From NCBI GenBank assembly GCA_963754945.1, contig CAVWIG010000028.1, forward strand, positions 128,001-192,000: DNA of 64,000 bases, written 5' to 3'. Under the pieces are notes generated by a model. The model saw only the letters and a list, made by a program, of their open reading frames with translations, did not search any database and had not been told where the DNA came from. This DNA comes from Methanotrichaceae archaeon. Lineage in GTDB: Archaea > Halobacteriota > Methanosarcinia > Methanotrichales > Methanotrichaceae. Each line of letters starts with the position of its first letter. The stretch's first letter is position 1. Below, in pieces: positions 51,598-61,818 of this stretch. The translations under genes were made by a program, and so were the position numbers.

Positions 51598-52515
51598 TTA
51601 ATCATTTAAGCAAATTATAAATAATCTCTGTGTTCTTTTCTCAAACGGCAAAGAATCATTCAAGGACGGCGTGAGATCTTTCGTTTTTTCAATTCCAGAG
51701 ATCAACCTGATTCTACAGCTAGTTGTCTCTCTAGGAACTTTTGAAATTAAATATTCACCATTTTCATTAGTGAGATTTTGCCGTCCGCCCATCCCAATTA
51801 TTGCGCCTATTACCGGCTCTGGACGCATGCCTTTTTGTCCGCAATAATCCTTCACCATGCCAAATACATCTATGGTATTGCCAGGATTAACAGTTATGTC
51901 ATAATTTTTGTATTTTTCCTCGGTTTCATATTTTGAAAATTTAAGCTCATTTTGGTAGAGCACATTGTTATTAGCGTCAGCCACCACGATGTAGTTTAGC
52001 AATTTTGGGTTTATTGAAACTTGAGATAATTGGTATTTACCAGTAGGAGCGTAAAAAGATTTATCATATCCGACTCTTACAGCTACATTTTTCAGTGGAT
52101 TCCCTAATTCGTCAATCACGGTTCCTTCTATTGTAAAATTTATTTTATTCACGTTCACTGATACATTTTGTGAAAGCAATGAATAAAAAGGTATATTTAA
52201 TCCTTTGTTAATGGTATATTTAGGAAATATAAAGTCAATAGAATTTGCATTTCTAGGTACGCTCTCTAATTCGTATATGCCTTCACTATTAGAAGTTGTA
52301 CTGATATTCTCAATCTCAACTCTAACGGAATTCGCGGGATTGCCATCCCAATACGTTATTTTTCCTTGAACTGTTACCGTTTTTGGATAAACTATTGCCC
52401 CGAAACCTATTAGAAGAAAAATAGCCCCAATCGCTCGACACTTATTACAATCTCTTGGATTAAGTAATTCGATCTTTCCACTAATTTTTACGAAAGATAC
52501 AACGAACAGCAGCAA
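51598..52515 (-). CDS. Membrane-anchored protein with carboxypeptidase-regulatory-like (Ig) repeats
   Basis: N-terminal TM helices; repeated G.V.D..G.P...V, T...G.Y....VP; start uncertain; AT-rich. Confidence 0.65.
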   Translation of the reverse strand: MLLFVVSFVKISGKIELLNPRDCNKCRAIGAIFLLIGFGAIVYPKTVTVQGKITYWDGNPANSVRVEIENISTTSNSEGIYELESVPRNANSIDFIFPKYTINKGLNIPFYSLLSQNVSVNVNKINFTIEGTVIDELGNPLKNVAVRVGYDKSFYAPTGKYQLSQVSINPKLLNYIVVADANNNVLYQNELKFSKYETEEKYKNYDITVNPGNTIDVFGMVKDYCGQKGMRPEPVIGAIIGMGGRQNLTNENGEYLISKVPRETTSCRIRLISGIEKTKDLTPSLNDSLPFEKRTQRLFIICLND

Positions 52516-52686
52516 ACCTAGAATAATAATTAATCCTGTGACATCTCTAACAATTGAAACATAAAATCGTAAAATTCCACGATCTCCTCCTACAATAGAT
52601 TATTTGTATTTTTAAATTTCATCACAACATTTTCATCTCCAGCAAATTACTTGGATTTAAATATTAGTTCTTCTACTTTATTTGGA

Positions 52687-53094
52687 CTAACTGAAAGGAG
52701 GACTCTTAGGTTTCGCCACAAACCACAATCCATCTTGGTTATTCCCTTTGATGTCTCCTGGACTATGATCTCCTGTGTAAAGATACAGCGGCCATCTCTT
52801 ATATGCGATCTGCTTTACACCATCTTCTCGTAATATTGTACTAAAATCATTTATGTTCAGATCTCCTCCAACGCTGATATCGTTCGCAGGGAAGGGTTGC
52901 CACCTCTCTGAACAGCTACCGTAGCATGTGCTTATCATGTTGCCACCATCATTTACAAAATAGTATAATGTCATCCCGTTTCCATTAACCATATTCCCAT
53001 TGGTATCAGTCGTTATTATCGTAGATGATGATGCCGTTGCACCTGTTGCGAACAAGGCAAGTGCCAAGAAGATCGTTTTAAATTTAGCCGACAT
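52687..53094 (-). CDS. Secreted Lipoprotein_15-like (Y-X4-D) repeat protein
   Basis: Signal peptide; GMTLYYFVND..CYGSC..WQPF; QIAYKRWPLYLYTGD..PGD. Confidence 0.85.
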   Translation of the reverse strand: MSAKFKTIFLALALFATGATASSSTIITTDTNGNMVNGNGMTLYYFVNDGGNMISTCYGSCSERWQPFPANDISVGGDLNINDFSTILREDGVKQIAYKRWPLYLYTGDHSPGDIKGNNQDGLWFVAKPKSPPFS

Positions 53095-53936
53095 AATTTT
53101 CTCCAGATATACTTGTGTAATTGTTATTTATTTAGTTTTTGGTTATGTTGAACTCATTTGAAAAACTCATCGAACGACAAGAAAGTAATCGAGGCTCAAG
53201 TTTAAAGCATCTCGATCAAATAAATGGACGGAGAATCCTTGGCACTTCATATTGCTCACCCAAAGGCATTGATCGAGGGCCCCCTTTTTGCCGCTGGCAA
53301 ACACCTTTCCTTGAAGAACCTTATGCGGATTTTAGCCCATCTGAGAACACGGCAGGATTTGCTCGTTTTCCAGGGCTATCTATCAAATGGCTGCAATCCG
53401 CTCCTTGCGGCCGCTCTTACAGTAGAAATATTCCAACTATAGAGACGTGCATCGTAATACAGGTTCAACAGCGCACCTTCTTCTGTGCCAGGCTGCCCAA
53501 CCCTGTACAGGAAGTATTCAACATCTTTTTTGTGCGCTCCACGACGCGATGCAAACTCTTCGATATCAATAGCTGACAACGTATGCACTAAAACACCCTC
53601 TGGAAATAGTCTTAGCTCACGGATAGGTAGTTCGCTTACTGAAAATAACCTAGGCCCACTAGGGCAGACTATAGTCACAGTAGGAAATCAAAAGTATAAA
53701 TTTTTATGTATGATCATAGTTACGGACTTAGAACTTCTTGCCAACAACAAAACCGTTTTGCAGAAACGTCATATCTCAAGCGGCGTGGTATTGCCTGAGA
53801 ACTCGGTTTAACCCTGAACTCCCTATGATCCATCTGGTCAATCCCTTATGTGCCTGGGAGGATAAGATCGGATACATAAGGCGAAATTGGTTGATCTGCA
53901 TCAATACTAATAAATAATCCAAGGCCCGACCTCCTT

Positions 53937-54191
53937 TTAGAAATCATCTTTAGTAACAACGAGGATGTCGCTTTTAGCCGCATGTTTCTTTATATCAGCC
54001 CATGCCTCCTGCAACCGTTCCACCTCCAGCGGGTGCGGCGGAAGCTTATAGCGTCTCGGTCCCAGAGCTGCTGCTGGATCTATCACCACCTTCAGGTCGT
54101 TAGACTCCACATAGGTGGCCATAGAGCGCACGCCGAAACTGTCGAAGGCCAGAGGCTTGACCTTTAGTTTCTTCAATTCCTTTCTTGGCAT
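53937..54191 (-). pseudogene. Metallo-beta-lactamase-fold (UPF0282-like) protein, 3'-truncated
   Basis: [32 protein letters not shown]; stops at DILVVT, just before the expected HxHxDH. Confidence 0.8.
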
Positions 54192-54399
54192 AATAGACTC
54201 ACATCTGTTATTATGATTTTTTGTAGTTATAATTTTGTGTTAGGATAGGTCAGGCTACAAGAGCTTTCAGAATCAAGCAGCACTTGTCGTACTATTTGAT
54301 ATTACTTCGGAGTAGTCCGAAACCAATACAAATCACGAAGAATTGAGTTAGCCATAAGACTTAAATCCCTGTGTTTTGTTGCTTTCACATTTGATAGAG

Positions 54400-54816
54400 A
54401 TGGGATACCTTGAGGAGATCAAAGCGCGAGGACGGGCTGCCAACCCTTTCTTCCTCTTGATGGGAATCGTTGTGGACTCCTTTGGCGATGGTCGATCAGA
54501 ACTGTCCATGCAAGTGCGACCCGACATGCTAAACGGAGTCGGTTGGCTGCAAGGAGGTCTTTACACTGCTCTGTGTGATGAAGCAATGGCTCTGGCCCTC
54601 TACACAGCTCTTGAGAATGGAGAAGGCATTGCCACTATATCCGAGAGCACATCCTATCTTGAGGGAGTCAGAAGCGGAAAGATAATCGCAAAAGGCAGAG
54701 TTGTAAAGAAAGGAAGACACGTAGCTTTTACGGAGGGGTGTGTAAAGAAAGCATGCGGGAATGAAGCCGTCCTCACGCAGACCAGGGCATCTTTTACAGT
54801 CATCAGAAAACCGTAA
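54400..54816 (+). CDS. PaaI-family thioesterase
   Basis: MLNGVGWLQGG..LCDEAM, hotdog-fold pattern. Confidence 0.88.
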   Translation: MGYLEEIKARGRAANPFFLLMGIVVDSFGDGRSELSMQVRPDMLNGVGWLQGGLYTALCDEAMALALYTALENGEGIATISESTSYLEGVRSGKIIAKGRVVKKGRHVAFTEGCVKKACGNEAVLTQTRASFTVIRKP

Positions 54817-54862
54817 AGCATCTCCGGCTTGGTGGCAGTTGAGCGAAAAATGGTCCAAATGG

Positions 54863-55072
54863 TCAACCAGCACTGCGAAATCCTGTCATTTCCTTATCGC
54901 CCATCTGTAGCTTTCTCACCGTATCTCCTGCTTCTCTTGCGTCATCCGCCCGAGCCAGAATCCTGACTCTGTCGATTTGCGTCTTTCTTCCGCAAGGGCA
55001 GGTCCTTGTCTTTGCTCCTTCCTGTACGTATAGGTGCCTGCCACAATTGCATCTAAAGACCAGGTAAGCCAT
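54863..55072 (-). CDS. DUF1922-like zinc-ribbon protein
   Basis: YLVFRCNCGRHLY..KTRTCPCG. Confidence 0.8.
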   Translation of the reverse strand: MAYLVFRCNCGRHLYVQEGAKTRTCPCGRKTQIDRVRILARADDAREAGDTVRKLQMGDKEMTGFRSAG

Positions 55073-55097
55073 CTTACGAATTCAAAAGAGAGAAAGA

Positions 55098-55481
55098 TCA
55101 CTGGGGCGGCAGTAGGACTGCATTTATGAGTCCATCCTGGCCTGGCCTGTTGGTGACCTTGGCATCACCGAGCTCTGTCTTGATGACAGCGCCCTTAGTG
55201 ATTATGTTTCGCCTCATATAGTGCTGGTTGGCCTTGTTATCCTTCACAGTTTCGATCTTCACTTTCTTGGCATTGCCGGTTTTCGGATCAGAGACTAAGG
55301 CTACGTCCCCACGAAGGATGCGCATCTTGTGATTTCCTCCCATGGTCTCTATCCTCTTGGTCCTAACCGCGGCTATGGTCGTATCGCTCTGCTCTCTACC
55401 TATCTCGAACTTGCGCTTGCCCCTGGCCAGAATCAACCTTCCACCAGTGGGCTTTCTTCCAGATTCTCCTTGCCATCGCAT
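55098..55481 (-). CDS. rps8e: 30S ribosomal protein S8e
   Basis: RKPTGG..RGKRKFEIG, RRNIITKGAVI, RPGQDG. Confidence 0.97.
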   Translation of the reverse strand: MRWQGESGRKPTGGRLILARGKRKFEIGREQSDTTIAAVRTKRIETMGGNHKMRILRGDVALVSDPKTGNAKKVKIETVKDNKANQHYMRRNIITKGAVIKTELGDAKVTNRPGQDGLINAVLLPPQ

Positions 55482-55773
55482 ACTTTAATTCCTCAGATCG
55501 CTGTTCCTCATTCAGCAGTGTATTTAATCATTTTGGTAATATCAAAGCTGCTTGAGCAACTTGAAGTACGGGTCGTGGCCCCCCCCACCAGCGACTGGCA
55601 CTTCCTGCATAGAATAGCCGCGTTTATTGTCTGGATGATCGAGCTTCTCTCGTCATTTACTGATCTTCCTTTATGGCTCTGTTCCAATCTTCTGTGCCAT
55701 TTGTTCATCGTTCTTTATCGTCCAGAGATCTAATACTCCAACTCAACTCGTTGTACATGGCCAGACCTCAAGC

Positions 55774-57360
55774 CTACAGGGATTTGGCCATGTAAGGTGA
55801 TCTGAGAGCATACCCGAGGCGCTCATAATAAGCACGAGCTCCTATTCCACTGGTGATCTCCAGCGATGCATAGCCCGCGCTCCTGGCAATCTCCTCTGCG
55901 GCCTCGACTAACCTTGCTCCATAGCCCTGATGCTGCCAGCCGCCTTTTCTGGTCCCGATGGGCACCATGGGACCGTAGATGTGCAGCTCTCTTATCCTTG
56001 CAGCCTGGCCAAGTCGGAGGCGCAAGAACCCCACAAGAGTGTCGTCCTCCCCGTCGAAGGACAGGAAATGCTCGTCTGCTCCGCACGCCCCATATGTCTC
56101 GTGATTCATTTCCAATTCGCCTTCATGGACTCCTCGGAGACCTGCCTCTCGACAGCGTATGCACTGACATTTCTTGCCTCGATCTCTCAGTCTATAGCCA
56201 GCAAGCTGGCGAAGGTTGGACTTCCTCACGCCAGCGACTATCAGATGTGCTGGTATGTCCCTTTGCACCCTCTGAAGCCGAACATACCTGGGTAGCAGCT
56301 CCTTAACCCTGGAGACCAAATCGGCAGCCTCTTCGCTCTCAAGAGGGCTGTATTCGCCCCTCTGGTACATCCTATGCAGCTCGGTTCCCTCTATCACCAG
56401 TGTAGGGTATATCTTGAGGTAATCCGGGCGAAAGCTGCTGCTATCGAACAGCTCTTCGAAGACATCCAGATCAACCTCAGGCGAAGACCCGGGAAGCCCT
56501 GGCATCATGTGGAACCCTACTTTGATGCCGGCCTCTCTGAGGGCTGTGTTGGCCTGTACTACATCATCCACACTGTGACCGCGATTTATAGTCTCCAGAA
56601 TTCGATCTCTGGTGCTCTGCACCCCGAGCTCGACCTTGGTGGCCCCCAGAGCGAGCATACCATCTATCTGCTCTGGCCCACACCAGTCCGGCCTTGTCTC
56701 GAAGGTGGTGCCTATGTTCTTCACGGCAGCGTTTCGATTGGCCTCGGCGACATCCTCGAAGGAACTCCATTCTGGGCCGTGACAATTACCTTCTTGTTCG
56801 TTACCCTTCAATCTGAGATCTCGCCGGGAATAGTCGTTCATCGCCTGCAGGCAGCGCTTGACGAACCAGTGCTGGTAGCCCAGGGGCCTGGAGGTAATGG
56901 TTCCTCCCATGATTATCAGCTCGGCCTTGTCCAAGGGGTGGCCTATCTCATAAAGCTGGCTCAATCTCGCCATGACCTGATCGTATGGATCGAAGTCATG
57001 CTGGGCTGCGCGCATGGCCGCTGGCTCTCTGCCTGTGTAGCTCTGTGGCGATGTGGCCTCACAACCCACTCCTCCGGGGCATGGGACACAGACTCCATGA
57101 GGGCACCTGGCAGGGGAGGTCATGGCGGCTATCACAGCCACACCCGAGAGGGTCCTGGTGGGCTTACGCACCAGCATCTTGAGCCGCTCCCGCTCTTTCG
57201 CCGTTGCAAATCCCAGGATGTCGGCATTGCTTGGCAAAGAGGCAAGACCAAGCTTCTCCGAAAGCCCCTTTTTCATAGACTCCAGCCCGGCTGGAGTGCT
57301 GACGGTTCCCGAGAGGATGGCGTCTACTATTCCTCTCAGTTCTGTGCTCACTCTATCCAA
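55774..57360 (-). CDS. elp3: Elp3 tRNA uridine(34) carboxymethyltransferase (radical SAM + GNAT)
   Basis: RTLSGVAVIA, CPHGVCVPCPGG, ETRPD, ELGVQ, LKIYPT, RELHIYG, QHQGYG. Confidence 0.96.
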   Translation of the reverse strand: MDRVSTELRGIVDAILSGTVSTPAGLESMKKGLSEKLGLASLPSNADILGFATAKERERLKMLVRKPTRTLSGVAVIAAMTSPARCPHGVCVPCPGGVGCEATSPQSYTGREPAAMRAAQHDFDPYDQVMARLSQLYEIGHPLDKAELIIMGGTITSRPLGYQHWFVKRCLQAMNDYSRRDLRLKGNEQEGNCHGPEWSSFEDVAEANRNAAVKNIGTTFETRPDWCGPEQIDGMLALGATKVELGVQSTRDRILETINRGHSVDDVVQANTALREAGIKVGFHMMPGLPGSSPEVDLDVFEELFDSSSFRPDYLKIYPTLVIEGTELHRMYQRGEYSPLESEEAADLVSRVKELLPRYVRLQRVQRDIPAHLIVAGVRKSNLRQLAGYRLRDRGKKCQCIRCREAGLRGVHEGELEMNHETYGACGADEHFLSFDGEDDTLVGFLRLRLGQAARIRELHIYGPMVPIGTRKGGWQHQGYGARLVEAAEEIARSAGYASLEITSGIGARAYYERLGYALRSPYMAKSL

Positions 57361-57863
57361 CTTACGACCTCATCCAGGTTCCTGGCTGGCGGAGCATGCG
57401 GGCTCTCCGCTGGCCAGCCTATGGAAAGAATGGCTACCGGCAGCACATCTTTGGCCAGATTCAGGGCATCTCTGACTATCTGATCGTCAAAGGCCCCGTT
57501 CCAACAGGCCCCCAGGCTCAGATCGTATGCAGCCAGGAGCAGGCACATAGTCGCCGCTGCAGCATCCTGTATCGAATAAAGGCTTCCGCGATCTCCGTAA
57601 CGTCTGCTCGATCGAGGGACATCCGCACAGATCACGACCAGCAGAGGCGCAGTCTCCACCTGACTCTGACCGTAGGCGGCCACTGCCAAAGTCTTTCTCA
57701 TTTGGGTGTTGGTCACGACAACATATTTCCTGGCTCGAAGATTTCCTGCGGACGGAGCAGTCTCAGCCGCTTTGATAAGATCGAGAATAAGATCCTTGGA
57801 GACAGGATCTTCCTTATAGCTCCTCATCGACCTTCGCCCTTCAAGGGCATCCATCAGATTCAT
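57348..57863 (-). CDS. Nitroreductase-family protein
   Basis: RRSMRSY, APSAGN, QDAAAA, LGACWNGAFD. Confidence 0.92.
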   Translation of the reverse strand: MNLMDALEGRRSMRSYKEDPVSKDLILDLIKAAETAPSAGNLRARKYVVVTNTQMRKTLAVAAYGQSQVETAPLLVVICADVPRSSRRYGDRGSLYSIQDAAAATMCLLLAAYDLSLGACWNGAFDDQIVRDALNLAKDVLPVAILSIGWPAESPHAPPARNLDEVVSWIE

Positions 57864-57904
57864 CGTCTAAAGAATAGTGTCCCCATTGGATAAGAAATTG
57901 CTTG

Positions 57905-58843
57905 CTAATTATAATCGTGCGTGAACAAGGGCTCCTGTCTACCAAGCTGTCTTACTGTCACACAGTCGTCATCGATGACTATATAGGTGTCCGGCGACTT
58001 CTCATTGTTTCCATTTCGCCTCTCGGAGGTGAGGCTTCCTGCATTGACCGCTAATGGACCATCATCGCGTCTGTATATGCCTGCCTTATGAGTGTCCCCG
58101 TAGACGAAGCAGTCCACCTTCCCAACCCGCTGATTCTTCAGGAACTCCAGTATGGCATCGTACTGTCTCTCGACAGGGGCGTATTTCCTCCGAATCCCAT
58201 TATTCATCTTGTTGAAGATACAGGATACCTTCCATAGCTTCTGCTCGAACTCCACCATCTCTCCGATGTAGCTGGACCTGTACATCCCTTCGTAGGCGTA
58301 GGCCATCATCATCTCCAGGTCGGCTGGCGAGATTTCCTCGCCGGAGAGCTTCCTTAGCTGCTCTACTAACTGGATGGAAAAAGCCTGGACACCTTTTAAA
58401 TGGTGGCCGTGAGTGAACAGGTAGTTCCTATGGTAGCAGCTTGCCTTGTAGATGGGGTAGTACATGTCAACGTTCAGGCCGTCAAGGGTCTGGTTCCAGT
58501 TGAGGTTGGGAGTGTAGACAGAATAGATGTCTCCTCTGGCCACCCTTTCCAGAAAATCCATCTCCTGGCTCATCACCGCCAGGTGATGATCATGATTTCC
58601 CACAACATAACTTATCTTCACATCCAGCTCTGACAGCCTCTCAAATAAATACCTGGAGTCCCGCAACGCTCTCTCCGGCCTGGCCCTCCACAGGTCGAAG
58701 ATGTCTCCCAGGAGGACGATCTCTCCACAGCCTTTCCCGTACTTCCATACCTCCCATATCAGGCAATCGACCAGCTTATGATCGGTAAGAGTGGATGAGC
58801 TTAGACCAAAGTGAGTATCTGACAATACCAGGATTGAAGCCAT
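57905..58843 (-). CDS. Calcineurin-like metallophosphoesterase
   Basis: SDTHFG, GDIFD, GNHDH, THGH, GDTH. Confidence 0.88.
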   Translation of the reverse strand: MASILVLSDTHFGLSSSTLTDHKLVDCLIWEVWKYGKGCGEIVLLGDIFDLWRARPERALRDSRYLFERLSELDVKISYVVGNHDHHLAVMSQEMDFLERVARGDIYSVYTPNLNWNQTLDGLNVDMYYPIYKASCYHRNYLFTHGHHLKGVQAFSIQLVEQLRKLSGEEISPADLEMMMAYAYEGMYRSSYIGEMVEFEQKLWKVSCIFNKMNNGIRRKYAPVERQYDAILEFLKNQRVGKVDCFVYGDTHKAGIYRRDDGPLAVNAGSLTSERRNGNNEKSPDTYIVIDDDCVTVRQLGRQEPLFTHDYN

Positions 58844-59033
58844 TATGATCTCCTTGTCGTATGAAATAGTATTACAGTTATTATTTATAAATATTTTGTG
58901 CAATCTACGCCGGGAATTTCGAAAAGATCTCTCGATTCGATGAACATGGGGTTGGACGCCGCGTACGCTAGGCAAACAACCAAGCAAAAGACAAAAATAT
59001 CCGATATTGAACCAAGAACATGGAGTCTCATCG

Positions 59034-59906
59034 ATGATAGATATCGCAATTCCCAAGGGCAGCCTCCTGAATCAAACCCTGCAGCTATTCGAGCAGGCTG
59101 GCCTGGAGATAAGAAGGACAGAGCGAGAGTACAACGCGAAGATCAACGATCCCCGCGTGGGCAAGGTCAAGATCCTCCGGCCTCAAGAGATCCCTTCCTA
59201 TGTTGCCAAAGGCTACTTCGATCTGGGAATATCGGGCACCGATTGGATTAGGGAGTCCAAGGCGGATGTAGTGACTGTTGCCGAGCTGAACTACGGCAAG
59301 CAGGGACCCGGAAAGGTGAAGTTGGTAGTGGCCGTTCCAGACTGCGAGGGGATAGCTTCGGCAAGAGACATCAAACCCAATAGCCGGGTTGCCACAGAGT
59401 ACCCAGAGTTGACGAGGTCCTTCTTCGAGCGGCTCGGAATACAAGTGGATGTCCAGTACTCCTACGGTGCCACAGAGGCAAAGGTGCCTGAGCTGACTGA
59501 CGTGGTCGTAGACCTTACGGAGACAGGTTCCACTCTTCGGAAGAACGGGCTGAAGATCGTTGATGTGATGATGGAGTCCACATCGGAGCTGATCGCAAAC
59601 AAGAAGAGCTGGGCCGATCCGGAGAAGCGTGAAGACATCCAGGCCATTGAGACTTTACTGTCGGCAGTAATAAGAGCCAGGGGGAAGGTGCTCATTGATT
59701 TGAACGTACCCGAGGAGAAGATCGAAGAGGTGATATCCATCCTGCCGAGCATGAAGAACCCAACAATCTCCAAACTCTACAACTCCGGCTACTACGCAGT
59801 GGAGAGCGTTGTGGACAAGTCTCAGATCAACCTGCTTATACCAAGGCTCAAGAAGGCAGGTGCAGAGGACATCCTGGAGCTGGCAATATCGAAGATTGTT
59901 CCCTGA
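59034..59906 (+). CDS. hisG: ATP phosphoribosyltransferase (long form)
   Basis: IAIPKGSL, RPQEIP, VATEYP, SYGATE, DLTETGSTL, C-terminal ACT-like domain. Confidence 0.97.
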   Translation: MIDIAIPKGSLLNQTLQLFEQAGLEIRRTEREYNAKINDPRVGKVKILRPQEIPSYVAKGYFDLGISGTDWIRESKADVVTVAELNYGKQGPGKVKLVVAVPDCEGIASARDIKPNSRVATEYPELTRSFFERLGIQVDVQYSYGATEAKVPELTDVVVDLTETGSTLRKNGLKIVDVMMESTSELIANKKSWADPEKREDIQAIETLLSAVIRARGKVLIDLNVPEEKIEEVISILPSMKNPTISKLYNSGYYAVESVVDKSQINLLIPRLKKAGAEDILELAISKIVP

Positions 59907-59934
59907 TAAAATCCAAAATAATTTAACGGAAAAG

Positions 59935-60009
59935 CGGGCGCGGGGGGATTCGAACCCCCGATCTACAGCTTAGGAGGCTGCCGCCTTATCCTGACTAGGC
60001 CACGCGCCC
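59935..60009 (-). tRNA. tRNA-Arg (CCT)
   Basis: GGGCGCG acceptor stem, D-arm, anticodon arm GCAGC-CT-CCT-AA-GCTGT, GGTTCGAATCC T-loop; no encoded CCA. Confidence 0.95.
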
Positions 60010-60100
60010 TCTGGCTCTTCCTCGTATAACCAACACGTATATCAATCTTTCCGGGTGGCATCGATCTTCTATCAACTCATTTCGTGATCTTCTTGCCGAG

Positions 60101-60200
60101 TTATCTTATAAGCACGCCACTTAAGGTGACCACGAATAGTCCCAGGAAGAACCATCCTAGAACCTCGATCATGGCCAGATGCCAACATACCCTATGGATA
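60101..60200 (-). pseudogene. 3'-end remnant of a pentapeptide/ion-channel paralogue
   Basis: HLAMIEVLGWFFLGLFVVTLSGVLIR* versus HLAMLEIILGWFFMMLFVVILVGILIR* in the adjacent gene. Confidence 0.75.
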
Positions 60201-60269
60201 AACCCTATGGATAATTGTTCACAGGAGCTCGGGGATGGTTTTGACTAGATTATCAGACCGAATCTTGAG

Positions 60270-61763
60270 CTATCGGATCAATATGCCAACCAGGATAACC
60301 ACGAAGAGCATCATGAAGAACCAACCCAGTATAATTTCTAACATCGCCAAATGCCTGTAAAAACCCACAGGATATCTATTCACCGGTCCCTGCGCTGAGT
60401 TGAACTGGGCGACACTGAAGTACATGGCGTCGATAAGGGATACACGCTGTTTCTGGATGCCTTTTGTTCTGCCCGGAATCCTCTGTCCGATTTGTTCGAA
60501 CCCCTTCATTCCGTTGCCAGCCCAGAAGACAACTCCAAAGAGGACGATGGTGAAGATGCACCAGAAGGCGGTGTAGCTCACGCGAACGCCGTAGCCGCAG
60601 GAGAGCCAGGCAATCACATCTGCCAGCTTTGCCCAGCCCCATGGCTCGTTTGCCTGGCTGATCTGGCGATATTCATAGTAACAGTCGTCTGCATCATTGA
60701 ACCACTCGAGATTCTTGTAGTTTTTAACCAGGGCCAGGTAGGCGGCACCATTGAACTCCAATCTGTCTCTTATGGTTGACCAGGGGACAACCAGCCTTGT
60801 GAAGTCCGCATCCTTTAGACTAATCGTTGAATTCTTCCCGAAAGTAGCGTTGTCGAGTTGCATGTTGTAGATCCTGGCGCTCTCGAGGACCAGGTCTTTG
60901 TTGAATTTCGCGTCCAGAAAGTGAGCATTATCATCGAACTTTGCCACGGCGAAGAACGCAGTGTTCTCAAAAGTAACGTTGGCAAAGTCAGCAAACCCAC
61001 CGAAGCTGGCAAGGCCAAAGCTGGAGCCTCCGTAAAAATGGGACGACCGGAAAATGACGTCTCTGACGAACTGAGTTCCTGCAAAGTCAGCATTCCCTTT
61101 GAAATTAGAGTCCATGAAGATGGTAGTCCCGCTGAATTGAGAGTTGGTGATGCTTGCATCTCCGGAGAAGATGGCACCCATGAAGGTTACAGGACGGGAG
61201 AACTGGACCAGGTCGAATTTGGCGCCTGCATCAAAGTTTGAGCCTTCGAAGACGGCATTTCCGTCAAACTGGGAGTTGGCAAAGCTGACCACCCCTTCGA
61301 ACCTCGCTAGGCTGAAAGAGACTGCACTGTCGAACCTGGCAAACTTGAAATCCGTATTACCGGAGAATCTCGTGCCACCAAAATTCGCATCTCCCTGGAA
61401 CCGGGCTTTAGCAAAGCTTGCATTGCCCTGGAAGGCCGTTCCATGAAAGTCCATAAGATCCCCAAAGGTTACTCTCTCGAAGTTCGCAGGTCCTTGGATT
61501 ATGGAGTTGGTTATCTCTACCGACTGGCGGACCGGCCCTGTTAGTTTGCTCAGGTCAAGGTTCCCTGAGATGGAGACATTATCATAAGACACCGCTTGGT
61601 TGGCTTCGATCTCGTTCAGGATCTGGGAAGCAACGACCTCTTGCAGGCGGATAGCGCTATTCTTCGTCGAGTTTCCTGAAGCCGGCAGGCTGGATGCATC
61701 GCATGCAGAGGCGAAGATGAGGATTAGAAGTAATGCCGTAGTCCACTTGGATATTCGGAACAT
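60270..61763 (-). CDS. Pentapeptide-repeat protein with a C-terminal 2TM-P K+-channel-like domain
   Basis: Signal peptide; A.F....F repeats; WLSCGYGVR TM1, DAMYFS pore helix, E..LGW TM2. Confidence 0.82.
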   Translation of the reverse strand: MFRISKWTTALLLILIFASACDASSLPASGNSTKNSAIRLQEVVASQILNEIEANQAVSYDNVSISGNLDLSKLTGPVRQSVEITNSIIQGPANFERVTFGDLMDFHGTAFQGNASFAKARFQGDANFGGTRFSGNTDFKFARFDSAVSFSLARFEGVVSFANSQFDGNAVFEGSNFDAGAKFDLVQFSRPVTFMGAIFSGDASITNSQFSGTTIFMDSNFKGNADFAGTQFVRDVIFRSSHFYGGSSFGLASFGGFADFANVTFENTAFFAVAKFDDNAHFLDAKFNKDLVLESARIYNMQLDNATFGKNSTISLKDADFTRLVVPWSTIRDRLEFNGAAYLALVKNYKNLEWFNDADDCYYEYRQISQANEPWGWAKLADVIAWLSCGYGVRVSYTAFWCIFTIVLFGVVFWAGNGMKGFEQIGQRIPGRTKGIQKQRVSLIDAMYFSVAQFNSAQGPVNRYPVGFYRHLAMLEIILGWFFMMLFVVILVGILIR

Positions 61764-61818
61764 GCCCAACTCTCGGGGAACTCTCAAGGATATAAAGCAT
61801 TTCTGTTCTGCTATTTGA

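Noticed and set aside
53139-53811. Overlapping short ORFs on both strands
   Set aside because: Possibly a decayed gene, but no family could be recognised
56374-57483. 369-aa + strand ORF
   Set aside because: Antisense to elp3; typical GC-rich shadow ORF
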